Source: Flavobacteriaceae bacterium (GTDB lineage Bacteria; Bacteroidota; Bacteroidia; Flavobacteriales; Flavobacteriaceae). Taken from it: a stretch of 64,000 bases of DNA. The stretch is from NCBI GenBank assembly GCA_038132955.1, contig JAYPSJ010000010.1:7463-71462 (forward strand), written 5' to 3'. This document shows positions 9,972-20,890 of this stretch, in pieces (position 1 is the stretch's first letter; the number at the start of each line of letters is the position of its first letter). The position numbers were made by a program, and so were the translations under genes. Under the pieces are notes generated by a model. The model had not been told where the DNA came from and did not search any database. It was given only the letters and a program-made list of their open reading frames with translations.

Positions 9972-12900
9972 ATGCAACAACCAGAGCCCTACCGTCCGAA
10001 GCATAAAATTCGTATAGTAACCGCAGCTTCCCTTTTTGACGGCCATGACGCAGCCATAAATATTATGCGCCGAATTATTCAGGCCACAGGAGTTGAAGTG
10101 ATTCATCTTGGGCATGACCGCAGTGTAGATGAGGTTGTTTCTACGGCCATTCAAGAAGATGCTCATGCTATTGCCATGACCTCATATCAGGGCGGTCATA
10201 TGGAGTATTTTAAATATATGTACGACTTGCTTCAGGAGCGCGGAGCAGGCCACATCAAGATTTTTGGCGGCGGCGGTGGTGTCATCCTTCCAGAGGAGAT
10301 AAAGACCTTGATGGATTATGGAATTGCACGGATTTATTCTCCCGACGATGGCCGCGCTATGGGTTTACAAGGCATGATTAATGATTTGGTGGCCCAGAGT
10401 GATGAAGCACGCGGCGATCTAAAAGAATTCGACCGCAGTGCCCTTAGGGTGGATAACCCACATTATATCGCTCGGTGCATTAGCGCGGCAGAGAATTTTC
10501 CCGAGCAAATCAAGCCTTTTTTAGGGGAACTCAGGGATAATAAAGACCTAAGTACGATCCCAGTTCTCGGGATTACCGGGACCGGTGGGGCAGGAAAGTC
10601 TTCACTAGTTGATGAGTTGGTCCGCCGATTTTTGGCGACATTTCCAGAAAAGCATTTGGCCATTATATCAGTAGACCCGTCTAAACGTAAAACAGGAGGG
10701 GCGCTTCTCGGAGATAGAATTCGTATGAACGCCATTAATACCTCTAGGGTCTACATGCGTAGTTTGGCCACACGCCAAAGTAATTTGGCCTTGTCTAAAT
10801 ACGTTAATGACGCCCTAGATTTGGTTAAAGCCTCAGGATTTGATTTGGTGATTTTGGAGACCTCAGGTATCGGTCAAAGCGATACCGAAATTTTGGAGCA
10901 CAGCGATGTTTCCCTTTATGTGATGACCCCAGAATTTGGTGCCGCGACCCAGCTAGAAAAAATCGATATGCTCGATTTTGCCGACCTCGTTGCCCTTAAT
11001 AAATTCGACAAGCGCGGCGCTTTGGACGCCTTGCGCGATGTGCGCAAACAATATATGCGTAACCATAATTTGTGGGACACTCCTCAAGAACAATTGCCTG
11101 TCTTTGGAACAATTGCCTCTCAATTCAATGATCCGGGGATGAATCGTTTATATGGGGCCATCATAGAGACCCTGATTTCACGAATGAATTTGGACTGGAG
11201 CTTAGACAAGCCGTCAGAGCATCAAGATTCTGAAAAAGTTTTTGTCATTCCGCCGGCGCGTACACGCTATCTCTCCGAGATTTCTGAATCTATTCGTCAG
11301 TACGATGCCTTTGCTGTGGCGCAGTCAAAAGTCGCCCAGACCTTATACGGTATTTTTAAAGCCATAGAAAATCTCTGTCAATACCCTGTTGGTCTGACCA
11401 CTGAAGGTCTTCAAGTTGCCCAGGCAGATCTTCAGGCTGAATCGGCTGATTTATTAAAACAGTTATTGACTCAATTCAGGTCGGTAAAAATGAATCTCGA
11501 TGCGCATCTTTGGCAACAAATCATGGATTGGGATGGGATAAAGGCTAAATATAAGGCCCCAGAGTACGATTTTCAAGTACGCAATAAAGTGGTCAAGGTT
11601 CAGACCCATACTACCTCACTTTCTTTGACTCAGATTCCTAAAGTGAGCTTACCACGCTACGAAGCTTGGGGCGATTTACTTCAATGGATGTTGCAAGAAA
11701 ATATACCAGGGACTTTTCCCTATACCGCCGGTTTATATCCATTTAAGCGCATTGCTGAGGATCCTACCCGAATGTTTGCCGGTGAAGGAGGTCCTGAGCG
11801 GACCAATATAAGGTTTCATTACTTGAGTCAAAATATGTCGGCTATTCGACTGTCTACGGCCTTTGATAGTGTGACTCTGTATGGACATGACCCTGATCTT
11901 AGACCCGATATTTATGGAAAAATAGGCAATGCAGGGGTTTCGGTTTGTTCTTTGGATGACGCCAAAAAACTCTACAGTGGCTTTGATTTGTCTGACCCGA
12001 TGACTTCGGTAAGTATGACCATAAATGGACCTGCGCCGATGGTTTTAGCCTTTTTCCTGAACGCGGCCATCGATCAGAATTGTGAAAAATACATCAAAGA
12101 GCACCAGCTTGAGGCTGAGGTCGAAAAAGCACTGGCTGCCCATTACTCGGATAATAAATTGCGTCCTCAATATCAAGGTGATTTGCCCAAAGGCCACAAT
12201 GGTCTTGGACTCATGCTGCTTGGGATAACGGGGGATCAAGTATTGCCCAAGGCGGTGTACCAGGAAATTAAAGCACAAACTTTAATGCAGGTGCGCGGAA
12301 CCGTGCAGGCCGATATTTTAAAAGAAGATCAAGCCCAGAATACCTGTATTTTTTCTACAGAATTTGCCTTGAGACTTATGGGGGATGTTCAGGCCTATTT
12401 TATCGAGCAAAAAGTACGAAACTTTTATTCGGTGAGTATTTCGGGGTACCATATAGCCGAGGCTGGTGCAAACCCAATTACTCAGCTCGCCTTTACTTTA
12501 TCGAACGGCTTTACTTATGTCGAATACTACTTGTCTCGTGGCATGAGTATCGATGATTTTGGACCAAATCTATCCTTTTTCTTTAGCAATGGGATTGATC
12601 CAGAATATGCAGTAATCGGTCGGGTAGCCCGTAAAATTTGGGCTAAAGCTATGCGAGAAAAATACGGTGCGGGGCCAAGATCTCAGATGCTTAAATATCA
12701 TATTCAAACCTCTGGTCGCAGTCTGCATGCTCAGGAGATTGACTTTAATGATATTCGTACAACACTGCAGGCCCTTTATGCCATATACGACAACTGTAAT
12801 TCATTGCATACCAATGCCTACGACGAGGCCATTACCACACCTACGGAGGACAGCGTGCGTCGGGCTATGGCCATTCAACTCATTATCAATAAGGAGCTAG

Positions 12901-13394
12901 GTCTGGCAAAAAATGAAAACCCGATACAAGGGGCCTTTATCATCGAGGAATTGACTGATTTAGTTGAGCAGGCCGTGCTTTTGGAATTTGATAGAATAAC
13001 AGAGCGTGGTGGGGTCCTTGGAGCGATGGAGACCATGTATCAGCGCGGAAAAATCCAGGAGGAGAGTTTGCTTTATGAGACCCTCAAGCATACTGGTGAA
13101 TATCCCATTATAGGGGTAAATACCTTTTTAAGCAGTAAAGGTTCGCCCACCATTATTCCTTCAGAAGTGATACGGGCTACTGAGCATGAAAAGCAAATTC
13201 AGATTGATACCGTTAGAGCACTTCATGTACAAAAGAGTGCGCTTTTACCAGAGACTTTGAATGATTTAAAACGAGCAGCTCGGGATAATGCTAACATCTT
13301 TGCTGTGCTTATGGATGCTGTGAAAGTAGCCTCGTTAGGGCAAATTACGCAGGTCCTCTTTGATGTTGGAGGTCAATATCGCCGCAATATGTAG
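9972..13394 (+). CDS. icmF: Fused isobutyryl-CoA mutase IcmF (B12-binding domain + MeaB-like GTPase + mutase barrel)
   Basis: 1140 aa. N-terminal B12 domain ([10 protein letters not shown]), then a P-loop [13 protein letters not shown] with NKFD, then the C-terminal mutase barrel. [16 protein letters not shown] has Phe where MCM has the RQYAGF Tyr, as I recall for IcmF. Confidence 0.88.
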   Translation: MQQPEPYRPKHKIRIVTAASLFDGHDAAINIMRRIIQATGVEVIHLGHDRSVDEVVSTAIQEDAHAIAMTSYQGGHMEYFKYMYDLLQERGAGHIKIFGGGGGVILPEEIKTLMDYGIARIYSPDDGRAMGLQGMINDLVAQSDEARGDLKEFDRSALRVDNPHYIARCISAAENFPEQIKPFLGELRDNKDLSTIPVLGITGTGGAGKSSLVDELVRRFLATFPEKHLAIISVDPSKRKTGGALLGDRIRMNAINTSRVYMRSLATRQSNLALSKYVNDALDLVKASGFDLVILETSGIGQSDTEILEHSDVSLYVMTPEFGAATQLEKIDMLDFADLVALNKFDKRGALDALRDVRKQYMRNHNLWDTPQEQLPVFGTIASQFNDPGMNRLYGAIIETLISRMNLDWSLDKPSEHQDSEKVFVIPPARTRYLSEISESIRQYDAFAVAQSKVAQTLYGIFKAIENLCQYPVGLTTEGLQVAQADLQAESADLLKQLLTQFRSVKMNLDAHLWQQIMDWDGIKAKYKAPEYDFQVRNKVVKVQTHTTSLSLTQIPKVSLPRYEAWGDLLQWMLQENIPGTFPYTAGLYPFKRIAEDPTRMFAGEGGPERTNIRFHYLSQNMSAIRLSTAFDSVTLYGHDPDLRPDIYGKIGNAGVSVCSLDDAKKLYSGFDLSDPMTSVSMTINGPAPMVLAFFLNAAIDQNCEKYIKEHQLEAEVEKALAAHYSDNKLRPQYQGDLPKGHNGLGLMLLGITGDQVLPKAVYQEIKAQTLMQVRGTVQADILKEDQAQNTCIFSTEFALRLMGDVQAYFIEQKVRNFYSVSISGYHIAEAGANPITQLAFTLSNGFTYVEYYLSRGMSIDDFGPNLSFFFSNGIDPEYAVIGRVARKIWAKAMREKYGAGPRSQMLKYHIQTSGRSLHAQEIDFNDIRTTLQALYAIYDNCNSLHTNAYDEAITTPTEDSVRRAMAIQLIINKELGLAKNENPIQGAFIIEELTDLVEQAVLLEFDRITERGGVLGAMETMYQRGKIQEESLLYETLKHTGEYPIIGVNTFLSSKGSPTIIPSEVIRATEHEKQIQIDTVRALHVQKSALLPETLNDLKRAARDNANIFAVLMDAVKVASLGQITQVLFDVGGQYRRNM

Positions 13395-13428
13395 ATGGTC
13401 CGATAGGGCGGGCTGTGCTCAAAATCAA

Positions 13429-13824
13429 TTAGAGCATCAAAGTCCAGGTACGCTGTAATTTTCGAAATTGTCGGAGTTCCTGTCTGAATAAGGGTAAAAA
13501 TTCTTTACTCTTGATGGGACTACTCTCAAGTCGGTCACAAGTGTAAAATAATTTTTTGGTCAGCTGCTTTACACGTTGCGCATAGCGTTTTTTATCCTCG
13601 GCGTAGGGCTGGCTTTCAGCCCGCAAAATTTCAGGGGCCAAATTGTAGGATTGTTGCACCATATCTCCTGTGAAGTAGATTTTTTCATCCTCCGGGCCAT
13701 AACTTTCTGCACCGATGAGGTCTTCGCAAAACAAATAAGACATATGGCGCGAGAGCGTCAAAATTTCTAATGCTTTGTAATACAAAGGCGGATACTTTAG
13801 GCGATGGGATAACTTTTCTTTCAT
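13429..13824 (-). CDS. Hypothetical protein (helical, basic C-terminus)
   Basis: 131-aa ORF filling the gap between icmF and the divergent lrp gene. I recognise no family. Codon usage looks like the neighbouring genes. Confidence 0.5.
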   Translation of the reverse strand: MKEKLSHRLKYPPLYYKALEILTLSRHMSYLFCEDLIGAESYGPEDEKIYFTGDMVQQSYNLAPEILRAESQPYAEDKKRYAQRVKQLTKKLFYTCDRLESSPIKSKEFLPLFRQELRQFRKLQRTWTLML

Positions 13825-13956
13825 AGCAGAATCTGAGGCAAAGCAGAATTACTCAAATTTAAAGTAAAGCAACCAATCTGTCCTTAATTTTTTAAAGTAA
13901 ATAATTAATTTATGTTTAAATATTAAGTTTTTTTAATTAAATTTAGTTGTTATTTA

Positions 13957-14412
13957 ATGTATAATGACAGTAAAATGGATCAATTAAACCGCCGAATACT
14001 TCAATGCTTGCAAACTAATGCTCGTTATACTCACGCTGAAATAGGTCGGATCGTGGGTATAAGTTCTCCCGCTGTAAATGAGCGTATTAAAAAAATGGAG
14101 GATGCGGGAATAATAAAGGGCTACCGCACGGATGTCTCCTCATATGAATGTGGTTACCAGTTAAGAGCGCTCATAACTGTGCGCGCATTTATGGGAAAAC
14201 TCAAACCATTTTTAGAGCAGATCAAAAGTTATCCTGAGGTCGTTAATTGTTACCGTATTACGGGAAATGAAAACATCGTTATGGAGGTCGTGTTGATTAA
14301 TCAGAAGCATCTCGAGGGCTTTATCGATAAACTAATCGTACACGGTGAAACTAAAACCCAAATAATTTTATCTAAAGTTGTTGATCATCACCCAATAATT
14401 CCGCAGTCATGA
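13957..14412 (+). CDS. Lrp/AsnC family transcriptional regulator
   Basis: LNRRILQCLQTNARYTHAEIGRIVGISSPAVNERIKKMEDAGIIKGY is the HTH, followed by a RAM/AsnC_trans_reg domain. An alternative start, MDQLN, lies at 13975. Confidence 0.85.
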   Translation: MYNDSKMDQLNRRILQCLQTNARYTHAEIGRIVGISSPAVNERIKKMEDAGIIKGYRTDVSSYECGYQLRALITVRAFMGKLKPFLEQIKSYPEVVNCYRITGNENIVMEVVLINQKHLEGFIDKLIVHGETKTQIILSKVVDHHPIIPQS

Positions 14413-15032
14413 AGTCAATTTATTTTCTAATTTCAATCTTGTGTGTAGGTCTGTTTAATACTAATGCCTTTGGGCAAAATCAGGATCGAATAAGACAAGA
14501 AATTCAAAATTATCAGGATGATATGGATCGTGAATTTGCCGATCCTGAGCAAAGTATCTTAAAGTCCGAGGATTTGGCAGAGTTCAAAGGACTCAAGTGG
14601 TATCCTATAGACTTGGATTTCAGGGTAAGTGCGCGTTTAGAGAGTACCCCTGATGCAAAGCCTTTTTTAATGCCGACCACTACCGAGCGTAGGCCCGAAT
14701 ATGTTCAATATGGCATACTTTATTTTACCCTGAAAGATCAGGAACTCCAGCTTTCGGTTTATCGAAGTACAGCAGGTTATGATGACCCACAATACGCGGA
14801 TTATTTGTTCTGTCCCTTTACTGATTGGACTTCGGGCGATGGGGCCTATGGAGGAGGACGATATATAGATCTGCGAATCCCAGAAGGCGATCGATTAATA
14901 CTTGATTTTAACCAGACCTATAACCCTTATTGTGCTTATAATGAGCGCTATTCTTGTCCTATTCCGCCAAAAGAAAATGATTTACCTCTGCGCATTGAAG
15001 CTGGGGTGATGGCTTTTAAAGAATACAAATAA
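14409..15032 (+). CDS. DUF1684 domain-containing protein (secreted)
   Basis: Signal peptide. YGGGRYIDL...YNPYCAYNERYSCPIPPKENDLPLRIEAG matches my memory of DUF1684. ATGA overlap with lrp. Confidence 0.75.
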   Translation: MKSIYFLISILCVGLFNTNAFGQNQDRIRQEIQNYQDDMDREFADPEQSILKSEDLAEFKGLKWYPIDLDFRVSARLESTPDAKPFLMPTTTERRPEYVQYGILYFTLKDQELQLSVYRSTAGYDDPQYADYLFCPFTDWTSGDGAYGGGRYIDLRIPEGDRLILDFNQTYNPYCAYNERYSCPIPPKENDLPLRIEAGVMAFKEYK

Positions 15033-15046
15033 CGTAAAAGCAACTT

Positions 15047-15415
15047 TTATTGACGGCTGAGCCAAAGTCCGAGAAATACTGCAGCTACGCCAATTACTGC
15101 GGTTGAGGCCATGTAAACTAGGGCGTGTACACTCGCACCGTTTTTAATCATATTGGCTTGCTCTAAGGCTAGGGCACTAAAAGTTGTAAAGCCGCCACAA
15201 AAGCCTATAGCCAATAGCAGGCGCAAGTCTGCTTCAAAGTGGGGCCATTTGATAAACCAACCCATTAATAAGCCGATCATTAGGCTCCCCAGAATGTTCA
15301 CACTAAAGGTGCCCGCAGCCCATGGAAAATATTGATTAAGCCAACTGCTCAGCCAAAAGCGCATAGCGCTGCCTAGGCCACCACCGAGAAATACTAAAGC
15401 GATATTTTTAAGCAT
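15047..15415 (-). CDS. crcB: Fluoride ion channel CrcB/FluC
   Basis: 122 aa, 4 TM. GGGLGSAMRF and GFCGGFTTFS signatures. Confidence 0.9.
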   Translation of the reverse strand: MLKNIALVFLGGGLGSAMRFWLSSWLNQYFPWAAGTFSVNILGSLMIGLLMGWFIKWPHFEADLRLLLAIGFCGGFTTFSALALEQANMIKNGASVHALVYMASTAVIGVAAVFLGLWLSRQ

Positions 15416-15533
15416 AATATAATTTTAAAAGACAAGGCAATATTGGCGAAGATAGCTATTTTGTTCGAGCGTTTATGAGCCATCAATTAAAATCAAATTT
15501 TAATTACCTTTAAACTCCAAAAATTTCCAAAAA

Positions 15534-17534
15534 ATGAAACATTATTTTTTTAGAGCCGTATTAATCGGATTATTGACTTTGACGGGTTGTGGCCATCAAG
15601 ACACCCCCGAGCAAGAGTCTAGTTTTGACTACAACGTGGATCAATTTGCTGACGTTAAAGTATTGCGTTATCAAATTCCTGGTTTTGAGGATTTGACGTT
15701 AAATGAGCAGAAGCTGGTTTATTTTATGACCCAAGCAGGTCTGGAGGGTCGCGACATCATGTGGGCTCAGAACTACCGTCACAATCTGGAAATCCGTAAG
15801 GCATTAGAAAAAGTTTATATGGACTTTCCCGGGGGGCGTGATACTGATGAGTGGTTAGCCTTTGAGACTTATCTCAAGCGTGTTTGGTTCTCAAATGGGA
15901 TTCACCATCATTACAGTAATGACAAAATCATGCCCGATTTCTCGACTAAGTATCTTAAAGAATTGTTGATAGAATCTGGCGCAACGCTAGAGGGAGAGGC
16001 TTTTGAAGTAATTTTTAACGACAAGGATCGCAAAAAAGTTAACCTCAGTAAAGATGCAGACATCGTATTGGAGAGTGCCATTAATTTTTATGGTCCCGAT
16101 GTGACTACTCAGGATGTAGAGGATTATTATGGAGCTGTTTCGGTCGACGCGGTGCAGCCTATTGAAATTGGACTCAATACGCGACTTATAAAAGAAAATG
16201 GTGTATTGACTGAGCAAGTTTATCGCAGTGGAGGACTTTATGGCCAGGCCATAGATCGTATAATTTATTGGTTAAAACAGGCCGTGGGTGTTGCCGAGAA
16301 CCCAGAGCAAGCTAAAGCTCTTAACCTACTGATTGAATATTATAAAACTGGTGATTTGCATACTTGGGATGAATATGCCGTAGATTGGGTTAATGCAACC
16401 CAGGGAAATATTGATTGGATCAATGGCTTTATCGAGGTGTATAACGATCCCAAGGGCTATAAGGGCTCTTACGAGACCATAGTTCAAATCAAGGATTTTG
16501 ATATGTCCAAAAAGATGAGTGTACTCTCCGAGCAAGCGCAGTGGTTTGAGGATAATTCACCACTTATGCCTGAGCACAAGAAAAAGGAGGTCAAAGGGGT
16601 TTCTTACAAAACCGTTATTGTAGCTGGGGAGTCAGGCGATGCATCACCAAGCACACCAATTGGGGTAAACTTACCGAACAACAATTGGATCCGTCAGGCC
16701 CACGGTAGCAAGTCCGTATCCTTAGGGAATATCATAAATGCTTACAACAATGCCGGTGGAAGTGGTCGCTTGCAAGAATTTGCCCATGACGCCGAGGAAA
16801 TTGAATTAGAGGAAAAATACGGTGCATTGGCCGACAAATTACACACCGCGCTGCACGAGGTGGTGGGTCATGCCTCTGGTCAAATTAATCCAGGGGTTGG
16901 AACACCAAAGGAGACTTTAAAAAGTTATAAATCAACCATAGAGGAGGGTCGTGCCGATTTATTCGGGCTTTATTATCTCATGGACCCAAAACTTCAAGAA
17001 CTGGGGTTGGTTACTGACTGGGAGGCTACAGGTAAAGCCGCCTACGATGGTTATATCCGAAATGGATTGGTCACTCAGTTAATTCGTCTTAAACTAGGTG
17101 ATGACGTTGAGGAGGCACATATGCGCAACCGTCAGTGGGTCAGCGCCTGGGTTTTTGAAAAAGGTGAGGATCAAGGCATAATTGAGCGCGTGGTTCGTGA
17201 TGGTAAAACCTATTATGATGTCAAAGATTATCAGAAGTTACGCGAACTTTTTGGTCAGCTATTGCGCGAGACTCAGCGCATCACTAGCGAAGGGGATTAC
17301 GAGGCTGCAAAGGCACTTGTAGAGGATTATGGGGTCAAAGTAGACCAGACCTTGCACGCTGAGGTACTCCAGCGTAACAGTCAATTCACCTCTGCGCCTT
17401 ACAGCGGATTTGTGAATCCAGTATTGGTTCCTGAGCTGAATGAGCAACAAGAAATAATTGGATTTCAAATCGTTCAGCCTGAATCCTTCCAGGCACAGAT
17501 GTTAGAGTACAGTAAGACTTATGGAAATTTATAG
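15534..17534 (+). CDS. Dipeptidyl-peptidase III-like zinc metallopeptidase (M49), lipoprotein
   Basis: 666 aa. Lipobox LLTLTGC. HEVVGH (HExxGH) and EEGRAD (EExRAE/D) are the M49 zinc-site motifs. Confidence 0.85.
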   Translation: MKHYFFRAVLIGLLTLTGCGHQDTPEQESSFDYNVDQFADVKVLRYQIPGFEDLTLNEQKLVYFMTQAGLEGRDIMWAQNYRHNLEIRKALEKVYMDFPGGRDTDEWLAFETYLKRVWFSNGIHHHYSNDKIMPDFSTKYLKELLIESGATLEGEAFEVIFNDKDRKKVNLSKDADIVLESAINFYGPDVTTQDVEDYYGAVSVDAVQPIEIGLNTRLIKENGVLTEQVYRSGGLYGQAIDRIIYWLKQAVGVAENPEQAKALNLLIEYYKTGDLHTWDEYAVDWVNATQGNIDWINGFIEVYNDPKGYKGSYETIVQIKDFDMSKKMSVLSEQAQWFEDNSPLMPEHKKKEVKGVSYKTVIVAGESGDASPSTPIGVNLPNNNWIRQAHGSKSVSLGNIINAYNNAGGSGRLQEFAHDAEEIELEEKYGALADKLHTALHEVVGHASGQINPGVGTPKETLKSYKSTIEEGRADLFGLYYLMDPKLQELGLVTDWEATGKAAYDGYIRNGLVTQLIRLKLGDDVEEAHMRNRQWVSAWVFEKGEDQGIIERVVRDGKTYYDVKDYQKLRELFGQLLRETQRITSEGDYEAAKALVEDYGVKVDQTLHAEVLQRNSQFTSAPYSGFVNPVLVPELNEQQEIIGFQIVQPESFQAQMLEYSKTYGNL

Positions 17535-17582
17535 GTACTTAACAAAAGGTAAAAAGGCCCAATAGATTTGGAATAACTCGAT

Positions 17583-17771
17583 TTATTGCTTCAGCCAAAT
17601 TTTGGCCGAGAGGAGCAACAAGAAAAATGCGAGAAATCCAAGTAAAACCCAGCGTTTGCCTTTGAAATGTTTTTGGTGAATGGCCTTGTCTTTTTTGTAG
17701 CTTGATCGAATGATCCATACAAAGGCCACAATAAAGCAGATTGAGAAAATTATTTGTCCTGTGCTAAACAT
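17583..17771 (-). CDS. Small two-TM membrane protein, hypothetical
   Basis: 62 aa with two clear hydrophobic helices separated by a Lys-rich loop. It sits alone in a 340-nt gap between genes. Confidence 0.4.
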   Translation of the reverse strand: MFSTGQIIFSICFIVAFVWIIRSSYKKDKAIHQKHFKGKRWVLLGFLAFFLLLLSAKIWLKQ

Positions 17772-17873
17772 TTCCGTGATTTAGTTGATTAATGGTTAAA
17801 GGTCAAAACGGATTCACCTAATTCCTGTGAAATTCACAGGGAAACAAAAATAGAAATTATTAAGGTATTATTT

Positions 17874-18257
17874 ATGAAACACTACACAGATGCGGTTCGG
17901 GATTTTCACCAAGCCTTTGGTCTTGGAATTGAAGAGCAACCCAAAGCAGATTTAGGCGAAAAAAAGCACCAATTGCGCTTTAATTTAATGAAAGAGGAAA
18001 ATGAGGAGTACCTTGAAGCGGCCAATAATGGCGATTTAGTAGAGGTTGCCGATGCTCTAGGAGACATGCTTTATATCTTGTGCGGTACCATAATTGAACA
18101 TGGCTTGCAAGATAAAATTGTTGCCGTATTTGATGAAATTCAACGCAGCAATATGTCCAAACTCGGTCAAGACGGTAAACCTATCTACCGTGAAGACGGC
18201 AAAGTTTTAAAAGGGCCAAATTATTTTAAACCCGACATTGCCTCTATTGTAAAGTGA
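17874..18257 (+). CDS. MazG-like nucleoside triphosphate pyrophosphohydrolase family protein
   Basis: 127 aa. EENEEYLEA...EVADALGDMLYILCGT is the all-alpha NTP-PPase EExxE...D metal motif. Confidence 0.7.
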   Translation: MKHYTDAVRDFHQAFGLGIEEQPKADLGEKKHQLRFNLMKEENEEYLEAANNGDLVEVADALGDMLYILCGTIIEHGLQDKIVAVFDEIQRSNMSKLGQDGKPIYREDGKVLKGPNYFKPDIASIVK

Positions 18258-18258
18258 A

Positions 18259-19305
18259 TTAGACCTTCACGCGCCATCCAAAGGGATCGGCAGCACGATT
18301 GTATTGAATGTCCTGTAAGTCTTGTTTGAGCCTATCGGCAAATGAATCAGTCACCTCAGGCAAGGTATAGAGTTGTTCTTTATAGCCAAAGACACTTACT
18401 GCACTTATAGTTGCTGCAGTCCCTGAACCAAAAACCTCCTTTAGGTCCCCGCTATTGTATGCTTCCATAAGTTCTGTAATACTGAATTTGCGGATAGAAA
18501 CATCTAGGTGCATTTCATGGGCCAAATCAATAATACTTTTTCGAGTGACCCCATCTAGAATTCGATCATTAGTTGGAGCTGTAATAAGGGTATTACCCAC
18601 GCGAAAAAATACGTTCATGGTCCCGGCCTCTTCTAAAAACTCGTGGCTATTGGCATCGGTCCAAACAACTTGATGGTAACCCTTTTCACGTGCCAAATTA
18701 GTAGGGTAAAACTGGGCCGCATAGTTCCCTGCAGCCTTAGCAAATCCTACCCCGCCGTCTGCAGCACGGCTATAATGATCTGCGATCAAGACCTTTAGCT
18801 TTTCACTGTAATAAGCCGTTACAGGGGAAAGCACAATCATCAATTCGTATTGCGCAGAGGGAGAAGCGGCTACGCCATTTTCTGTGGCGATAACAAATGG
18901 CCGAATATAAAGAGCATGTCCGTGTCCCGATTTTACCCAATCTCGGTCTAGATCGACTAGTGATTTTAGGGCCTCTAAAAAAAGATCTTCAGGGAATTCC
19001 GGTATGGCCAGGCGCTCTGCAGATTTATTGAAGCGTTTGATATTTTGATCCGGGCGAAATAAAAAGACATTGTTATTATTGTCTTTAAAAGCCTTCATGC
19101 CCTCAAAGATGGCTTGACCATAATGAAAGACTTTGGCACTAGGGTCCAAGCTTATTGGGCCATAAGGAACGATTCTCGGATTTTGCCATTTACCTTGGTC
19201 ATAAGTACAGCAAAACATATGGTCCGTAAATATCTTACCAAAAGTAAGCTGGTTAAAGTCTACCGAATCAATTCGGCTTTGGGAACGTCTGCTTACTTCA
19301 ATCAC
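18259..19305 (-). CDS. ilvE: Branched-chain amino acid aminotransferase
   Basis: 348 aa. Class IV aminotransferase pattern (FEGMKAF, ALYIRPF, EEAGTMNVFF, LDGVTR). Confidence 0.9.
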   Translation of the reverse strand: MIEVSRRSQSRIDSVDFNQLTFGKIFTDHMFCCTYDQGKWQNPRIVPYGPISLDPSAKVFHYGQAIFEGMKAFKDNNNNVFLFRPDQNIKRFNKSAERLAIPEFPEDLFLEALKSLVDLDRDWVKSGHGHALYIRPFVIATENGVAASPSAQYELMIVLSPVTAYYSEKLKVLIADHYSRAADGGVGFAKAAGNYAAQFYPTNLAREKGYHQVVWTDANSHEFLEEAGTMNVFFRVGNTLITAPTNDRILDGVTRKSIIDLAHEMHLDVSIRKFSITELMEAYNSGDLKEVFGSGTAATISAVSVFGYKEQLYTLPEVTDSFADRLKQDLQDIQYNRAADPFGWRVKV

Positions 19306-19421
19306 TCGGTAAATGCTAAGGGGTGACTCATCGCGGCAAAATTAGGTAAAAAAAAGCCCAAAAGACCCCTAATTTTTCATAAAATTGCACTTATAATTTA
19401 CCTTAAAAAAATACCCTAAAC

Positions 19422-20018
19422 ATGAATAAAATATTTCTTGTTGCCTTACTCGCTTTGACTTTTGGCGCATGTAAAGATTCAGGCAATCAATCAGAAAATC
19501 AACAAAACAAAGTAGCTGAGTTAACACAAGAATATGTGTCATTTGGTGCAGAGATCAATACTGATGAAGTTCTAGACGCCGCCGCGATGATAGCTTTGTA
19601 TGATGACTTAAAAGAAGGGGATACCCTTGCAGCAAAATTTCAAGCACCGGTCAATAGTGTATGTAAGATGAAAGGATGTTGGATGCGTTTGGCTGTTGGC
19701 GACCAGGAGGCTTTTGTAAAGTTCAAAGACTACGGGTTTTTTGTACCTAAATATCTTTCTGAGGTAGAGGTAATCGTTTCTGGTAAAGCCTATGTATCGA
19801 AGACAAGCGTGGAAGATTTAAAACACTTTGCCCAAGATGCAGGAAAAACTCAAGAGGAAATCGATGCCATTACCGAGCCCGAACTCAGCCTTGATTTTAT
19901 GGCTGATGGTGTACTAGTTCCTGCATCAGCGATTTTTGAAGAGTCAGAGCAGGAGCCCGCTGAGCAGGCCACTGATTCCACCCAGGATACTGCTACCTCA
20001 ACTGAGGCCGCCGAGTAG
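19422..20018 (+). CDS. DUF4920 domain-containing lipoprotein
   Basis: Lipobox LTFGAC. VCKMKGCWMRL...FVKFKDYGFFVPK...DAGKTQEEIDAITEP matches DUF4920 as I remember it. Confidence 0.65.
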   Translation: MNKIFLVALLALTFGACKDSGNQSENQQNKVAELTQEYVSFGAEINTDEVLDAAAMIALYDDLKEGDTLAAKFQAPVNSVCKMKGCWMRLAVGDQEAFVKFKDYGFFVPKYLSEVEVIVSGKAYVSKTSVEDLKHFAQDAGKTQEEIDAITEPELSLDFMADGVLVPASAIFEESEQEPAEQATDSTQDTATSTEAAE

Positions 20019-20066
20019 GGTAATGCCTTTCAGTATAACGAGTCGCATCTCAGAAAACCGATACCC

Positions 20067-20807
20067 ATGGCGCTTCAAATAATTCAAACGGGCGATGGGT
20101 CATCGAGTTTATATCACAGCGCGTTAGATGAGACCTATCATTCACGTCACGGTGCTATTGCCGAATCTAAATATGTTTTTATCCAAAATGGACTAAACCA
20201 TAGACTCAACCAAGGGCAAATGCAACCAGACCAAGGGTCAAAGCAACAAAATACCCCTGAGATCTTATCGATTTTAGAGATGGGTTTTGGTACTGGTCTT
20301 AATGCCTTGCTGACTTTGTTATATCAGCAGGAGGTTCTAAAGAACAAACAGAGTGCAGTAGAGCCTTGTTCTGCGCCCATGATCTATTATCAAAGTCTAG
20401 AGGCATATCCCTTAAAGCCCGAGATTTATGAATCTTTAGACTACGACAGTCAATTGAGCTGTGATAAAGATGCTTTTTTAGCCTTGCACAGGGCCCCTTG
20501 GGAGCAGCCTGTTGTGGTTGGCTCTGGTTTTGAACTACTAAAAAAAGCCATGAGATTTGAGGATTTTAAGGCCCCGCCATCATTTGATCTGGTTTATTAT
20601 GACGCCTTTGGGGCACGGGTGCAACCTGAGTTATGGGAAATAGAGCGCTTCTCCAGCCTTTACAAGGCCTTAAATCCGGGCGGAGTATTTGTGACTTATG
20701 CCGCAAAGGGCAGTGTACGTCGTGCATTGCAGGAGGTTGGGTTTGTAGTAGAACGACTTTCCGGTCCGCCAGGAAAACGCGAAATGCTCCGCGGCACTAA
20801 AAATTAA
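20067..20807 (+). CDS. mnmD: tRNA (mnm5s2U34) methyltransferase MnmD-like
   Basis: IIQTGDGSSSLYHSALDETYHSRHGAIAESKYVF, the SAM motif LEMGFGTGLN and C-terminal YYDAF fit stand-alone MnmC C-domain/MnmD proteins. Confidence 0.75.
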   Translation: MALQIIQTGDGSSSLYHSALDETYHSRHGAIAESKYVFIQNGLNHRLNQGQMQPDQGSKQQNTPEILSILEMGFGTGLNALLTLLYQQEVLKNKQSAVEPCSAPMIYYQSLEAYPLKPEIYESLDYDSQLSCDKDAFLALHRAPWEQPVVVGSGFELLKKAMRFEDFKAPPSFDLVYYDAFGARVQPELWEIERFSSLYKALNPGGVFVTYAAKGSVRRALQEVGFVVERLSGPPGKREMLRGTKN

Positions 20808-20890
20808 TAGTTAAGTAATTTTTACGTTTGTGGCACCCCATTACAATTGGCTAAATGCTCGGGTTGTCTTAACTTCGCCAAAAAAAATAG

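Noticed and set aside
15416-15533. Possible fluoride (crcB-motif) riboswitch upstream of crcB. The minus strand contains GAUGGCUCAUAAACGCUCGAACAAAAUAGCUAUC, with GAUGGCU able to pair with AGCUAUC.
   Set aside because: It shares the AUAAAC-GCU fragment with known fluoride riboswitches. It lacks the P1 stem (GGNGA...UCNCC) around the GAUGG loop and the canonical UGAUGA...CCUAC pseudoknot tail. I cannot fold it into the conserved architecture. A cmscan with RF01734 would settle it.
20831-20845. Sigma-54-like promoter TGGCAC-cccat-TTAC upstream of the TIGR01777 gene
   Set aside because: The -24 element is perfect, but the near-invariant -12 GC is AC (TTAC instead of TTGC). A single near-match in 64 kb is expected by chance.
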